In this document: piece by piece, positions 1 through 14,851 of the stretch | Position numbering within the stretch: the first letter of the stretch is position 1 | Layout: the number at the start of each line of letters is the position of its first letter | Assembly (NCBI GenBank): GCA_951406725.2 | Contig: OX597833.1 | Span: 35,402,001-35,466,000, forward strand | Direction: 5' to 3' | From: Octopus vulgaris | Taxonomy: Eukaryota | DNA: 64,000 bases | Notes under the pieces: model-generated | Told to the model about the DNA's origin: nothing | Database searches by the model: none | The model's input: the letters and a program-made list of their open reading frames with translations, nothing else | Translations under genes and position numbers: made by a program

Positions 1-93
1 GTTTCGCACTGGGTCGATGTAATCAACTTAATCCCTTTTTCTATCCTTGTTTGTCCTCTCTATGTTTAGCCCCTTGTGGGTAGTAAAGAAATA
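1..93 (+). mobile_element. 3' tail of tRNA-derived SINE family A (tail type A), cut by the window edge
   Basis: gcactgggtcgatgtaatc...tttagccccttgtgggtagtaaagaaata matches the 3' ends of the copies at 47014-47430 and 50633-50863. Confidence 0.8.
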
Positions 94-1197
94 TATTCTA
101 CATAGAATATACCTGAGAGTAGAGTAATATTTAAATTTAGCACAGAAGTATAAAACGCTTAGAAACTTGTCAAATCTGCACTATGATAACTCCACAGTGC
201 TATCTAGTAGTATCTAGAGTTGTATCTAAGATATGGGTATTGTGTACGTAAAAGACCTACTTCCATTATCCACTAAAACTGGTTTTGATAAGTTCTACCA
301 AAGACTCACGCCATCACCCTATCATGGCAAATATATAGCAAAATCATATATTTCTTTATGTACTCAACCATGAAAGAAGTATGTTCCGACATACTGTGAC
401 GAAGGCTTGTAGTGAATTCCATAGCTCATCAGATATAGCATACAGGGGAAAATCTGTCAATTACGTTACGAGTAATTTCTGAAACCACATTGGCACCCAG
501 GCAAGGTACCATCTATGATGTACTTACCGAGTACTTATTATAGTTGAAAGGAGTAAAGTACATGGTACTTTGCAAGTTCTGAAAGACAAAAGCCATTATG
601 GAATTTTGCTGGAAGGGAGTATAACGCAATGAAATCGAAGCAGAAGAAGAAATTATGAAAGAATGGAGCTGAAATAAGTTGGAAACATTTAAATTATTAA
701 AACGAGCACATGTGTGCATAAATACACACACACATGCACAAACACGCACACATAACACACACATATGCACAACAGTCATACCATACATTTACACATTTAT
801 GCACATAGTCACACACACACACACACACACAAACACACACATATATACCCGCACACTTTTCTAAGAACTAATATGACAAGTGTCTTTTATTGGCAAACAT
901 GTACTTTGGGTATGCATATATATTAATGCAATATTCACCAACGCAGCAAATATTATACTAAGAGAGTAAAAAACAAAAAAACTTGTCTCTCACTTTGGAA
1001 TGTCTTTGAGCCATTGCAGTTGTGAAATATTCACTAATTAATGAACTTAGCAATTATTCTAAAATATTTTAGTGTGTCTTTATTTACCTTTCATTATGTT
1101 TTTACATAACTTTATTTCGTAATTATTTCGTATGATGTTGCATATATTTGTGTTAGTGTCTGTACGTGTTTCTGTGTGTGTATATGCATGTAAATAA

Positions 1198-1257
<60 letters not shown>

Positions 1258-1557
1258 ACATGAGCTTGTGCTTGTACATATATGCATGTGCGCAATGCAT
1301 TCACACGTGTATCCCCAATCATTGTATAGGTAGACGATTAAAATATGTATTTCTAATTTGTCAAGTAAACGATTTAATATATTTCTAAATTACGAACTTA
1401 AACTCTTGTAAAGTAGTCAAAAGTTTTTTAAAATCCTCATTAACAATAGGGCAATTATTTTTGTGATTCTATTTTGTATTCTTTGAAAAGCCAAATCACG
1501 GGAGTAATTTGATACAAACTTATAACAATGTTTCTGTGTTATGAAGTATGAGATACA

Positions 1558-1682
1558 GTGGAGGCGCGTGGATTAGTGGTTAGGGTGTCAGCGATGGACT
1601 GGCATCCCGTCCAGCTGGGGAACACATACGCCATAGAAACCGGGCCCATGATCCTGGCTAGGCTTTAAAAGGACGCATTTAT
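1558..1682 (+). mobile_element. SINE family C copy with an internal deletion
   Basis: Same 5' head (gtggaggcgcgtggattagtggttagggtgtcagc) and 3' part (gatggactggc...ctggctaggctttaaaag) as 16165-16410, with the middle missing. Confidence 0.8.
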
Positions 1683-2562
1683 TTTTTATTTTACATTAGA
1701 GATACACAGGTATATGAGTCTGTTTATATATCAGTCTGTCAGTATACATGAATATGTTTGTAAATTTCTGCGTGCGTGTGTGTGTGTGTGTGTGTGTGTA
1801 TGTGTTTTAGTTGTAAGCTGTAGTCGCACTCCGTAGCTACTTTGTTTAAATCGTTTTCTCCTGATATGGAATCAACCTAAATGAATTTAAACACAGTAAG
1901 AGAAGAAATCTTGAGAACTGTGTGACAGACTGATAACTATTTTACTTAAAACTCTGAATGATGACAAAAATCATTGATCCGGTTTAATATAGTAATTAAA
2001 AAATATTCTTCTATTTGCATAACTATTAGGCAAGTAATGTATATTTTTTTTAACAAATTTCAACCGAAATATATTCCTAATTGTCGAAAACACCGTTTCG
2101 TTTGTTGGAAATATAGCAATATCAATCTACACTTGGGGTCACCTTTATAATAACATTGATAACAATTGGAACTTACTTTGCAAGATATAACAATTGTTTC
2201 TATGTGAGGGAAAATGTTTTTCTCATTGTCTAATGAGAAACTGAAAGATAAAAATTGTAGAACCATCCATTCATATATATTCTTACTTACTCGGGATCCA
2301 AACTCACATTTACTTCTATTCACTAAATCTTTGCAATGTTGAATCGACAATTCCTCCTTTTTCGTTCTTTTATTTGGCAAACATTTATTTAAAAAATACA
2401 ACGTAAAAATAATTTTGAAATTATTACCGTGAAAAGAAATAACTAAATAGATCTATTTCTTGAAATCATTAAGTTTCATCGCGAAATACTGTCTTATTGC
2501 TAAACTGTGTTGAACTTAACGAATACGGTTCAGAATTATTTTTATTTTAGTCTGTTTCTTTC

Positions 2563-2813
2563 CATTTTTTATCAATTCGGTGTCCATATGGACCTTGGGA
2601 GTCCACTTAAGATTTCATTGTTAAAATTTTTATCCAGTAAATTCGTTATACTTCTATAATACACAAAATATTTCAGCAACTTTTTATACAATTCCGAATG
2701 ATATTTAATTATAAAGATATGGAATATTTTAAACATCGATTGGTTGGGAGGGTCCATCCGAGTAAGAGAGGAATCGAAGGGGTCCATAGATAAAAAATTG
2801 TTGAGAAACACTG
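2563..2813. mobile_element. Putative hAT (Charlie-type) MITE
   Basis: Right end ttgagaaacactg is the reverse complement of CAGTGTTTCTCAA and is followed by ttctaga, a Charlie-like NTCTAGAN target. A degenerate left TIR cattttttatcaa starts at 2563. Subterminal ggtccata-like motifs occur near both ends. Confidence 0.5.
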
Positions 2814-3179
2814 TTCTAGAGTATTACTCACACATATGGGACAAAGCACACACGTTTTCAGGTCGTATTTAAAATGAGGTCATCACATTGATAGGTCTAT
2901 ATCCCAACAATATTTTGTGTTGTCTCTGTTACTCCTCTGTATTTACTTCAAGGCTCCCTATTCTTTTCACATAGCAAGCTCTGTTCCAGCTGATGAACCC
3001 AATTTTCCGCTTTTTCTTATTCCTATTCTGTTTTACCTTCCGAATCCCATACTAATCATTTTACCCAAATCTTCCCATCCCGAAATAAAACCTAGACTTT
3101 CCTTATAGATATCTATTTACAGAACTATGTGAATTGCACAGCAGTGTTATATAACATTACTGTATATTATTATGAAATA

Positions 3180-3414
3180 ACTGAAGCGTGTAAGGTGTTT
3201 ATAAACAATTTAAGAAACACACAAAATCCGTTAGATTCACTTCAACATTTAAATTAAATTTGACAAATTAAATTTAAATTTAAATGTTGAAGTGAATCTA
3301 ACGGATTTTGCGTGTTTCTTAAATGGCTTATAAACACCTTCCTCGCTGCAATTGTTTTCGTTCCAGCACACGATCTCAGATCAGGTCACTTGCTATGCAA
3401 GTACATCTCCGTAA
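3180..3414. mobile_element. Fold-back insertion with 12-bp TSD (possible Penelope-like inverted pLTR)
   Basis: Inverted arms 3192-3255 and 3277-3340; flanking direct repeat tattatgaaata at 3168-3179 and 3415-3426. Confidence 0.65.
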
Positions 3415-4146
3415 TATTATGAAATACTTTATTATAAAATCAATGTTATAATTAATGTTATGATATAATTCTTATCTAATGTTATGCCTGTTAGCTTAAC
3501 CCGTTTTTTCCCTTCTCCACTAACATTTCATATCGCTCATGTGTATTTGTTCTCATTCAAGAACGCTTTGTAAAGCTGCGAGCTCTACCTTAGACTATAT
3601 GATAAAAAGAGTTATATCGAAAAGACATTTTACATTCATGTTTGACTATTAAAAATATAAAAGAAAAATATTAAAAAAAAATTTAATTCACTTCGTGGAT
3701 ATTTCAATACATTATGTAACTTTAACTAGAAATTCCAAGAGAGTATATACTTAAGAATTAATCATTGTTTTTATTTCTTCTTTCCCTTTAGACTTTGCAT
3801 ATTTTGTTGACTGACTTGAATTTAAAATAAACATTTATAGTGTGATTTATATATTATAAAATTTACCAACATTAAACTATTTAAAATTTTATCTAACGGT
3901 TGAAATTCCACATTTCAGAGCTCAGCCTTTCCATCTGTTATCTGAATAAGGTTTTTTATATATATATATATATCGGATTTTCCCGTATTTTCTTATTTGC
4001 TCATAACGGATTTTAAATCTTTGTTATTAAAAATAGCTTAAACAAAGGAAATTATGTTGATTTTTCAAGAAGTGAACCTTTAAATGATAAACTGTGTGCA
4101 TATAGACGTATACATACACACACTCACACACACATGTATATATGTG

Positions 4147-4244
<98 letters not shown>

Positions 4245-5032
4245 GATATTAGAGCCGAGTCAAGTTGTGATTTGTGAGGTAAAAGAATTATATTGAGTTG
4301 ACTAGCCGTTGGGTGTCTGCCATGTGAGCAGCAGATTGACGATCTTGAAGATAATACTAAAAGGCTGAAATATTTGTTGTGAAACCCTTCCACTTTCCCT
4401 AATAGTCGAAGAGAGACAGATCGACTGACTGCAGTGGAAAATAATAACACCACATAACAAAAGAAAGTTGTTTGTATTGATGTTGCTGCTGTCTCCTTCC
4501 ACTATGCCGCTGCCTGTCTGTGTCTGTGTCTGTGTAAAGTGTTATTGAACGTCTGGCCTTGCTGTTGTAATGTCTGGCTGAGTTGTTGTACGTTCGCTTG
4601 TTATTGTCTAGGCCTTTGTTTCCCTGTCCGCTATATTCCCTTGATTGTCCATATTTGGCGTTTACAATATTTTTGTGTTGTATCTCATTGACTTAATGAA
4701 TTGCTTCGTTTATTTATTTCTAAAGTGTATAGTTGGCTCGTGTTGATGTTGCCGCTGCCGACATCCACGTTGTGTTTGGTAGTGAATGTTCAGCCTCAAT
4801 TTTTTGTTAGTATAGTTTTTTCGTTCTTTTTCTTTTTTTTTTCTGTTATCAACTCTTGCAATATCCATCTTCGTTGAGTATGTGTCATGGTGCCGCAAAG
4901 GTAGCGTCAAATTTTTAAATTCCTTGTAATGTTCTTGTCGAATTGGCACCCGGGACACGGTGACACTTAGAACAAGGAATGTCCACCGAATAAGGCACTA
5001 TCACTAAGCATACGCTCTCATTGAATTAAATT

Positions 5033-5114
<82 letters not shown>

Positions 5115-5445
5115 AAACACACACACGCACACACATACACACACACACAGACGTACATATATGTATTCGAGATAAGTTAATACTTGTGAATGTTTTTACA
5201 TACAAACGTACTTACACGCATGTAAGCACTCGTACGTAAAGAGGTACACACGTGTGCATACACAGTTACACACACATACTTACCAAGCGAGTGGAGAGTC
5301 TGAAAACACGTGTCGCACAAGCGTTTGTATATCGGCGCCATATACGAATGTATATATAATATACACTTCAATTCATTATCAGCGTATATAGCACAAACAC
5401 CATACTTATTTCGAGCGAAAGAGAAGTCTATACTTCGCCATTAGA

Positions 5446-5620
5446 CTGCTAAATATAGCAGCAAAATCGCCCTCAAATTATATTTTATCATCTTAAAGAA
5501 AGAGAAAGGCTTATTGGAATAGAGTGCTGGACTGAGGTAGTATATAGAAAATGGATAAGAGGGTCACGGCGAGAACACCTCTTACAGAGAATATCTTGGG
5601 CTAAAAACAAACTATGCTAG
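5446..5620 (+). repeat. Dispersed repeat family D (ctgctaRaWatagcagcaaatc...), unclassified
   Basis: Related copies start near 7100 (ctactaaaaatagcagttaaatctctctcaaat) and 25448 (ctgctggaaatagaagctaactctgtctaaaatcac). Confidence 0.5.
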
Positions 5621-5809
5621 GAACTGTTCGCATCGTGACAGCATGAGTGCACGCATGCGTGTGTATGTAAATGAGCGCGCATGTGCACGTATATATGCCT
5701 GTGTGCATGTGTGTGGGTTCATTTATGCATAACATTTTTGAAGAGGTTTAAAAGACAGACGGAAAAAAAGCGTGAAAATAGGCAGACGTTTATTTCGTGG
5801 ACGTACATG

Positions 5810-6482
<673 letters not shown>

Positions 6483-8605
6483 TAATCCGTAAATATAAAA
6501 CTCCTGCAATAATTTATGATTGATTTGTTTGTTGCAGTGATTGGCTCAAATCTGCGCATAGGCAAGATAACTTCAGAAAGTTGGTTAAACGAAATGTTAC
6601 TCACAATATTGGAGGCTTTACCATTTTTAGTACCACCTCCAAAATACTCGATAACTCTTACCATTGTAGCCGATGTTAATGAACTAGGATCGTTCAATCA
6701 AATACTTATGCCTGAAATTCTTTATTTGTCTATGAAAGTCAAAAAATGCGTAGGTTTTCTCTGCAACAATTTATAGCCCTGCATATTTATTCGTATATTT
6801 AACTCCATCTGTAATCTGTTTTTGTATGTTTGTGTGTGCATCATATCTATTTTCACGCAAAACTCAAAAGAAAATTATCAAAATATATTTGCAAAGGTAG
6901 AGATACATGGCTACTTAGGAGGCTGAGTATGTGTGTATTCGTCGGAATACGTTATAGTATTGCTTTTTCTCTTACTAAGAGACTTTCTTTCTTCGTTCCT
7001 CTCCAATATTTTCAATAATGACAGTAAGCGTCATATTAGACGCCAGTTGAATACATACCTCTATTACTAAAGAGCCAACGGAGAAGCCCTTCTATAGGTC
7101 TACTAAAAATAGCAGTTAAATCTCTCTCAAATTTCATGAGACTCTTAAAAATGAAAGAATACAACGCCGTCTAGTAAAAAAAAAGAAAAACAAAAGATGC
7201 AGGATAATTATAGCTTGATCATTGGTCTAGCCGTTGAGAACCGGCCAGAGGATAATATCTGAATTATATTTGGGGGGGGGGAGAAAGATATTCCGGAAAA
7301 TACAAAGTGACTGATGTTAAAGGAGAAGGAAATATGATAGAAAAGGATAACTTGATTTAAAAATCCAGCAGTAAAACTGAATTAAGTAAGTACTACTATT
7401 TATCTGATAATAAATAACTTATAGTTAACCAGACTGAGAAAGGAAAAATTAGTTTGTTCTGCACGAAACGAATCTAAGATTCGTGTATAGGCAAGATATT
7501 TTGTATTCAAAGATGGTATCAGCTCTAGATTAGCGACGTAATTTGGAATATATAGAGGGTTATCTGGTGAGTCTCACACAGAAAATAGTTAAGATACTGG
7601 ATATGCAAATTACGCAATTATTGTGTGAAGCCATTTTCTTTATCGAGATTCATAAACATCAACGATTCTGATTTTTTTCCCACTTCAAGAATCTGAATTC
7701 TTGAACTCATTTTAAGAAAACTAGTTGGTTGTTAAACGATACATCAGCCCTTGATTACTTTGCACAATGCAAATTATTTACATTGTCTAAACTAATTAAT
7801 GCTTAAAACTACCCACAGCATTTTGTCCAGTCGTTAGTTTTCACCTAATCTTAGTATTTTTTTAATGTTTTTAATATCATTACTCACTGTCAACATTTTT
7901 TCAGAATACAAGCAATAAACGTGGATCCAAAATTCCAATTTATTTTCATATTCCATAAATCTTCAAGTCACGATAACTAGTTATATCGAGTGCTTCCATG
8001 GTTTTAGTTGATAAATGACAAGCTTTACACAATAAGAAACTCAGTTAAATTCATTGATATACATTATTATTCTCTAAGACATATATTTCCCAGCTTCATG
8101 CAAATTATCAAGTGGCCTGCTCAAAGGCTTTGCGATAAACCAGTAAAACCAAAATTGCATAACAGTGTTATAATCTAATTCTAATCTAATGTAAAGCCTG
8201 TTCGTTTATCCGGTTTTTTTTTACCTTTTTCTGACTAAGATTTCATATCACTCATGTGTATTTGCTCTCTGCTAGAGCGGTATTAGTAACAGCTTACAAA
8301 AACTTCCAGATCATTTTGTAATGTCTTGTAATGCATGCACAAAATGGCGGAGAAATGACTGAACATTAAAAATAATTTGATAAATGTATACTTTTTGGTT
8401 GTAACTGTCCAGAAGATGCATGAGTGATTTATTTTAACAGAGATTACACTGAAGTAGTGACGTAATAACTCGTTTCAAAAATTATATATTTAAATTCAAC
8501 GGGATTGATATCCATGACAGCTACTATATATAGAGAGGCAGAAAGTAATTGAGCCATGCTTCTTCGATGTTGAATTCAGCTTTCAACTAGTATGATTGCT
8601 ATATT

Positions 8606-8802
8606 TATTTCTTTATTGCCCACAGGGGGCTAAACATAGAGGGGACAAACAAGGGGATTAAGTCGATTATTGGTACTTAATTAATCCACCCCAAAAGGAT
8701 GAAAGGCAAAGTCGATTTCGGCGGAATTTGAACTCAGAACGTAGCGGTAGACGAAATACCGCTAGGCATTTCGCCCGGCGTGCTAACGTTTCTGCCAGCT
8801 CG
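8606..8802 (-). mobile_element. SINE family A copy (tail A)
   Basis: Reverse complement of gagctggcagaaacgttagcacgccgggcgaaatg...ttctgagttcaaattccgccg...gcctttcatcctttt...aataaagaaata. Confidence 0.85.
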
Positions 8803-9960
8803 AGTATAATAGATTAATTTACTCTATGGAGAAACGCAACAAAACTATATACTTTAAGATCGATGCTATTCTAAAACGAACTTTCGAGATGCCTGCATTT
8901 GATTGTTCTCTACCTGTTCACATTTCGTACAGAAATCTATTAAAAGATATATAAAACAGTATCTAAAAATATGAAAATCAGATCAGATGATTAGTGGCAA
9001 AAAAAAAAGTCTAGTATACTAATCCTTAGCAGCACAAGTATATAAACTTGATATGTTAAACGAAAGTTAGACGTTTCAAAACAGTAAGAAAATATACATA
9101 ATTTTGTTTACGAAAGTTTTCATTCAGTGTAGTTTACTTCGAATCTATCGATGGACTGTCAATGAATATGTTAACTGCAACTTTGTGGGATACTGTAAAT
9201 AAAGATCCTTTCAGAAAAGAAATATATTGTAGTAATTTCGAAGTAGAAATCCGTTTATTTTAGAAATAAATATTTAAAAAATGTGAGTAGCTTTTTTTTT
9301 TTTGCTTTAGACTTAGAAGATTAAGAGCTGTACTGATTAAGACTACGTAATACATTGTCACAACAATTTCGTAACGTGAGATACTAGATTTTATAGAAGA
9401 CTACAGTCTATTGCTGATGCAGACCACGGTGGAGTGAAATGCAAAGCCGACACTATCATATTGTAAGGGGGCAAAACTAAGCTCTGTAAAGACATTGATT
9501 CTGGCTGTCAAGCAATCTTTTATCGCTCTTAAAGTAAAACGTAAATGATTACACGCAAACACCTATTACTCAAACTACCATTTCTATTCGAAAAGTAAGG
9601 CTATAGAAACATAGCCTTAGGAATAGATAAAATAATTAAAGTAGCGTAATGAATTCAACGTTAATATAGAGAATGTTCAACGTTGGCAGATAGAATATCT
9701 TGTAGGCTACGACTGTTCTGTTTAAAGAGAGAACAGATCATAAGCATCTTAATCAATCAGCAGGGGAAGCGTTATCGACACGACTTCAAAGTGAATAAAT
9801 TTCATAATATCGAAATCTCTAAATTTATATCTTAACCGAAATATTTTTATTACAGTCATTTAAATTAATATTCAAATGTGGTTCGCGCGCGCACACTCGA
9901 CGCACACGCTACACACACGCAAACACACATATACACGCACATATATGTTTGCATCTATGC

Positions 9961-10035
<75 letters not shown>

Positions 10036-10205
10036 TACATACATATATATACATATAAATATATATATGTATATATATATATATAAATATATATATATAC
10101 ATATACACATATATATATATACATACTTACATATATATATACATATATGTATATATATATTTATATGTTCATATATCTGTATATATGTATATATGTATGT
10201 ATGTA

Positions 10206-10311
<106 letters not shown>

Positions 10312-10587
10312 AGGACTGAACACGAAAAGTGGACAGTCAACATGCTAGATATAGACGTCAAATCGCCATTCACCACAAAAGATTATGTTCTCAGATCAAA
10401 CTCGAGTTTGATCTGAGAACATAATCTTTTGTGGTGAATGGCGATTTGACGTCTATATCTAGCATGTTGACTGTCCACTTTTCGTGTTCAGTCCTTAATT
10501 GCTATATATAAATATTTTAATCTTCGGATTCTTTTTTAATATGCTAGACCACTGGTCTTAATTGATAAATATCAATTTCTACCCTTA

Positions 10588-10596
<9 letters not shown>
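10312..10596. repeat. Perfect 184-bp palindrome (10312-10495) plus unique tail, between (TA)n tracts
   Basis: 92-bp arms, no spacer, centre ctc|gag at 10403/10404. Confidence 0.9.
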
Positions 10597-10657
<61 letters not shown>

Positions 10658-11110
10658 TGTATATGTATAATTATGTATCCTGAGAATCGTTCCATTAAAT
10701 TTGAAATTTGGACCATATTAGTTATTAAATTTACATCAGCAGCACTCGAATGATATTAACTGTAAAATTGAATTGCATCTAGTTTATTCGATTACCAAAA
10801 TTCGCAATCTTTCGATAAAGTATGTGTACATATGAGTTATGAATTAGAAATAACAGAATGTTGTAGCTGTTAACTCTAGGGTTTTTCCTCCTGAACTACT
10901 TCATAGGGTACTTTTACTAGCATATCTTCTTAGAAAACGTTTCAAGGAGAATTTTAATAATATATCTCAGGACATGTCTAATTTAAATTCAACAAGTAAC
11001 GCCTGGCTTGTGTAATTATTGTATAAACGACATTTTAGGTGCAAGAATTGATGTTTCCCTGTACATTAAATTGGATTTTTCATCAAGATCTTTGACATAT
11101 GGGAACAGTC

Positions 11111-11196
<86 letters not shown>

Positions 11197-11786
11197 TGCA
11201 CACTCCTAATATTAGTATGTTTTTAAAGATATACTTATATGAGTGCATCAATGTGTAACATTTATTACATATGTGTGTTTATGTGTATGTGCTTGTGTGT
11301 TTGTATAGACAAAAAAACACACACGCGTACAAAAGCCATAATAAAACTAAATAAAATACATTTTTAAAACATCACAATTCTTTCTGTGAAATTAGAAATT
11401 TCAGTTAATAATTGCCAAATCGAAGCAATTTTCCCGTTTTCCATTTCCTCTTTCTTTTTTAATTTGAATTTCTTGAAGTAATTATCTATGGCAATTTTCA
11501 TATAATTGATGTTAAAGGCTAAATTGTCTCATGCAATAATTTTATTGAAATATATTTAGTTATCTTAAAATAAGTCCTTCTATATGTTAAATTCCCCTTC
11601 TGAAATGCATTTGGTGTTAGTTGTTGTTTAATTTCATTTATTTGCACAATTTAACAACAGTGGGTCCTTTTTACTATCATAGATTAACTGTAACAAAATT
11701 TCTTTTTTTTTTTTCTATTTTTTCATGTAACTCTATTTTCTCTCTCATTCCCCTTCTCCCGTCGCCAATTCAATATTTCATAAAAT

Positions 11787-11817
<31 letters not shown>

Positions 11818-11987
11818 TCTCTCTCTCTTTCTCAGACACACTCAAATACGACAACACATAGCTATGCACCTACACCTGCATACGCACTTTCTTGCGGTTC
11901 ATAATAGACCCTAGAACAACAACGATTATAAAAGGAACATTTTTTTATGCAACATTATTAAGCATTATTAAAACAAGCATCAAAGTT

Positions 11988-12410
11988 GACGAGCTGGCAG
12001 AATCGTTACTGTGCCAGGCAAAATGCTTAGAAATATCTCTTTTGGTTTTACCTTCTGAGTTGTAATGCACCCGAGATCACTCATCATTTCGGTTTCGATA
12101 AAAACAAATTAGCACCATTTAAGCACTGGAGGTCGACGTAATCAACTGAACTCATCCTTCCACCAAATTCTCTAGCATTATTATTATTTAAGAATAAGCG
12201 GCAAACTGGAAGAACTAGAACACCGGACAAAGCCATCAGTCGCATTTCGTCCGTCTTTATGATTTGAGTCCAAAATCCGCCGAGCTCGTCTTTACATTTC
12301 AAACTTTCCGGGCCGATGAAAAGAAACCAGTCTACAATTCGAATCGATGCATCAACAAGTCCCCTCCCACCAAATTTCTGTTCTTGTGCTCATATTAAAG
12401 CAATCATCTT
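11988..12410 (+). mobile_element. Two diverged tandem SINE family A copies
   Basis: gacgagctggcagaatcgttac at about 11988 and gcggcaaactggaagaac at about 12198, each with body motifs (gagttgtaatgc/gagtccaaaatccgccgag, gtcgac/atcgatg). Confidence 0.7.
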
Positions 12411-13083
12411 TGTGTTGAAGAGCGCATTGCTGTTTAAAGGCATAGCATCCTTTAAACATCTGACTTCACTACCTATAAACGTCTTGCTGTCGAGACTGAC
12501 TTTATTTCGACATTTTTACTTGCTTTGACCCAGATCTGTTCTGATTAAACATACGCCAATCATTGCCAGTAATATTGTCTTTGAACGGAGCTAAAGTTCT
12601 CTTGAATAACCCAAGGCCCCGTTATTTATTCTAATGATGGAAGATAGGCTTTGGACTCAGAATACACAAGGCCGAAAAAGTTGCATCTGCATTAAAAACA
12701 ATATACATATATTTATGTAATTGTAACAGGGGAAAGATTGTGCATGGCCTCAATTAGGATGTTTTGCTCACGATCATAAGGTCCGGACGGCATGTTATGT
12801 CTTTGAGCAAGACAGTTCATTTCAGGTTGCTTAAGTCTAGTCAGCCGAACATAAATACCTAGTAGTAGTGCAGTTCTCTCCCCTTTCAGCTGTCAAATCC
12901 TTGTGTATCCGATCGGTCAAAGGTGAGAGGGGTGAGACCCTATATCTGCTTGAAAACCCCATAGGTACATAAAGCGATTATCGAATGCATGTTACATGCA
13001 ACCAGGTCGCACTTACGAGTGAGAGCTATATGTATGTGTGTGCGCGTGTGTGTGTATGTATGTATATAATCACATATATATAC

Positions 13084-13430
13084 TCTTTACTCTTTTACTT
13101 GTTTTAGCCATTTCACTGCGGCCGTGTTGGAACACCGCCTTTAGTCGAGCAAATCAACCCCAGAACTTATTCTTTGTAAGCCTAGTACTTATTCTATCGG
13201 TATCTTTAGCCGAACCGCTAGGTTACGAGGACGTAAACACACCAGCATCGGTTGCCAAACATAAACACATACACACACACATATATATATATACACATAT
13301 ATACACGGGCTTCTTTCAGTTTCCGTCTACCATATCCATTCACAAGGCTTTGGTCGGCCCGAGGCTATAGTTGAAGACACTTGTCCAATGTGCCACGCAG
13401 CGGGAATGAACCCGGAACCATGTGGCTGGT
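13084..13430 (-). mobile_element. SINE family B (tRNA-like head, internal microsatellite)
   Basis: The minus strand reads ggttccgggttcattccc (B-box-like), ttggacaagtgtcttc...ggccgaccaaagccttgtg...ggaaactgaaagaagcccg, then a microsatellite, then a tail ending aaacaagtaaaagagtaaaga. Homologous to 17108-18985. Confidence 0.8.
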
Positions 13431-13530
13431 ATATGTATAGATATGTCTGTATATATATATATATATATATGCATGCATGTATATATGTATGTATGTATAT
13501 GTGTATATATATATGTATCATGTATGTGTG

Positions 13531-13572
<42 letters not shown>

Positions 13573-14794
13573 CACGCACACATATACACACACACATACA
13601 CAGACACGCACACACGCGCACGCGCACACACAGATACACCACATAAATTGGAAATGACATCCGCTAAATGGCCTAAACCGAATGTAGGTCAGAATATCAA
13701 AGGCTTTGTGTGAATATACTTCCTGTATATTATGTAAGAAAGACATCTGCTATAATTAATATGTTATATTAAATGTTCAATTCTTCATTATTCATGTTTA
13801 TTTATATGTGATATATATGGCTACCTTGTGTAAGTGTCTATATTTGTGCTAGCATGTGTATTGTGTGTGTGTGTGTGTGTGTGTTTGTGTGAGCGTATCT
13901 GTATAAACACACACGCACACACATATTTATGTATATATGTCTATGATTATGATTATTATAGCTCATTGTAAAATAAATGTATTTAATATTATATAATGAA
14001 ACCACATCAATATCATAACAATAAACTTCATCTATTTCTAAATTCCTAGTTCGTATGTCAGCCATCGACAAAACGACATATCCTTTGATAAAATCCCTAT
14101 TTGTGCCTTTATTCTTTGAGTATGGAAGGCATATAATTATTTTTGACATTTATGTTGCAATATTCATTTTTAAGTCGCCATAGAAAATCAGTCACTGCGC
14201 GTTGCACAACAATCTGAATACACAAAATTTGCTTGTTAATTTTATATAGAATTCAGAATTTCTTTAATGATTGCTGCATAAATTTCTTTTGTATGTTGAG
14301 TCTGCTTTTCGTTTGTTAAAGACTATATAATTATACTATTTTATGTACATCAATCGGTTTACTTTAGACTATGTTTCAGCCATGCATAAAGTTGCTGAAT
14401 CACAACTGTTATTTACGAAGCATCAACGGCCGAGTAAATAAGATACATAACTGCTTAGTCAAAGATCATGTAGACATATTTCACTTTAGTTCTTGCAAAA
14501 TGTTTTTGTAACCAAGTAGCAGTCAATGAAACTTATGTAGAAATCAAGCTTGTTGCTTGTAGTTGCTTAATATAATTTATACGACACATACATCATATGG
14601 ACAGAAATATATTTTATAATCGCCTTCGACTACTGAGATTTTTCTTTGACTACTGAGATTCTATGTAGTGGTCATTTACTAAAGATGTCTAAATACGTAT
14701 AAAAGCATCGGAGTTAATAAAGAAATTAACACCTTCTAATATGAGATTGACTCCTGAACGTGACACACAGACACACAGACACACACACACACAC

Positions 14795-14845
<51 letters not shown>

Positions 14846-14851
14846 TATGTA

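Noticed and set aside
3350-3414. Hammerhead in the extension of the 3180 fold-back element
   Set aside because: No CUGANGA core with a proper stem II on either strand.
4312-4382. Short coiled-coil-like peptide CEQQIDDLEDNTKRLKYLL*
   Set aside because: Too short, weak acceptor, no recognisable homology.
5533-5542. tgaggtagta, the first 10 nt of let-7
   Set aside because: The match stops after 10 nt, there is no precursor hairpin, and it lies within a dispersed repeat.
8340-8351. YY1-like motif caaaatggcgga
   Set aside because: Isolated motif in AT-rich DNA with no other promoter features.
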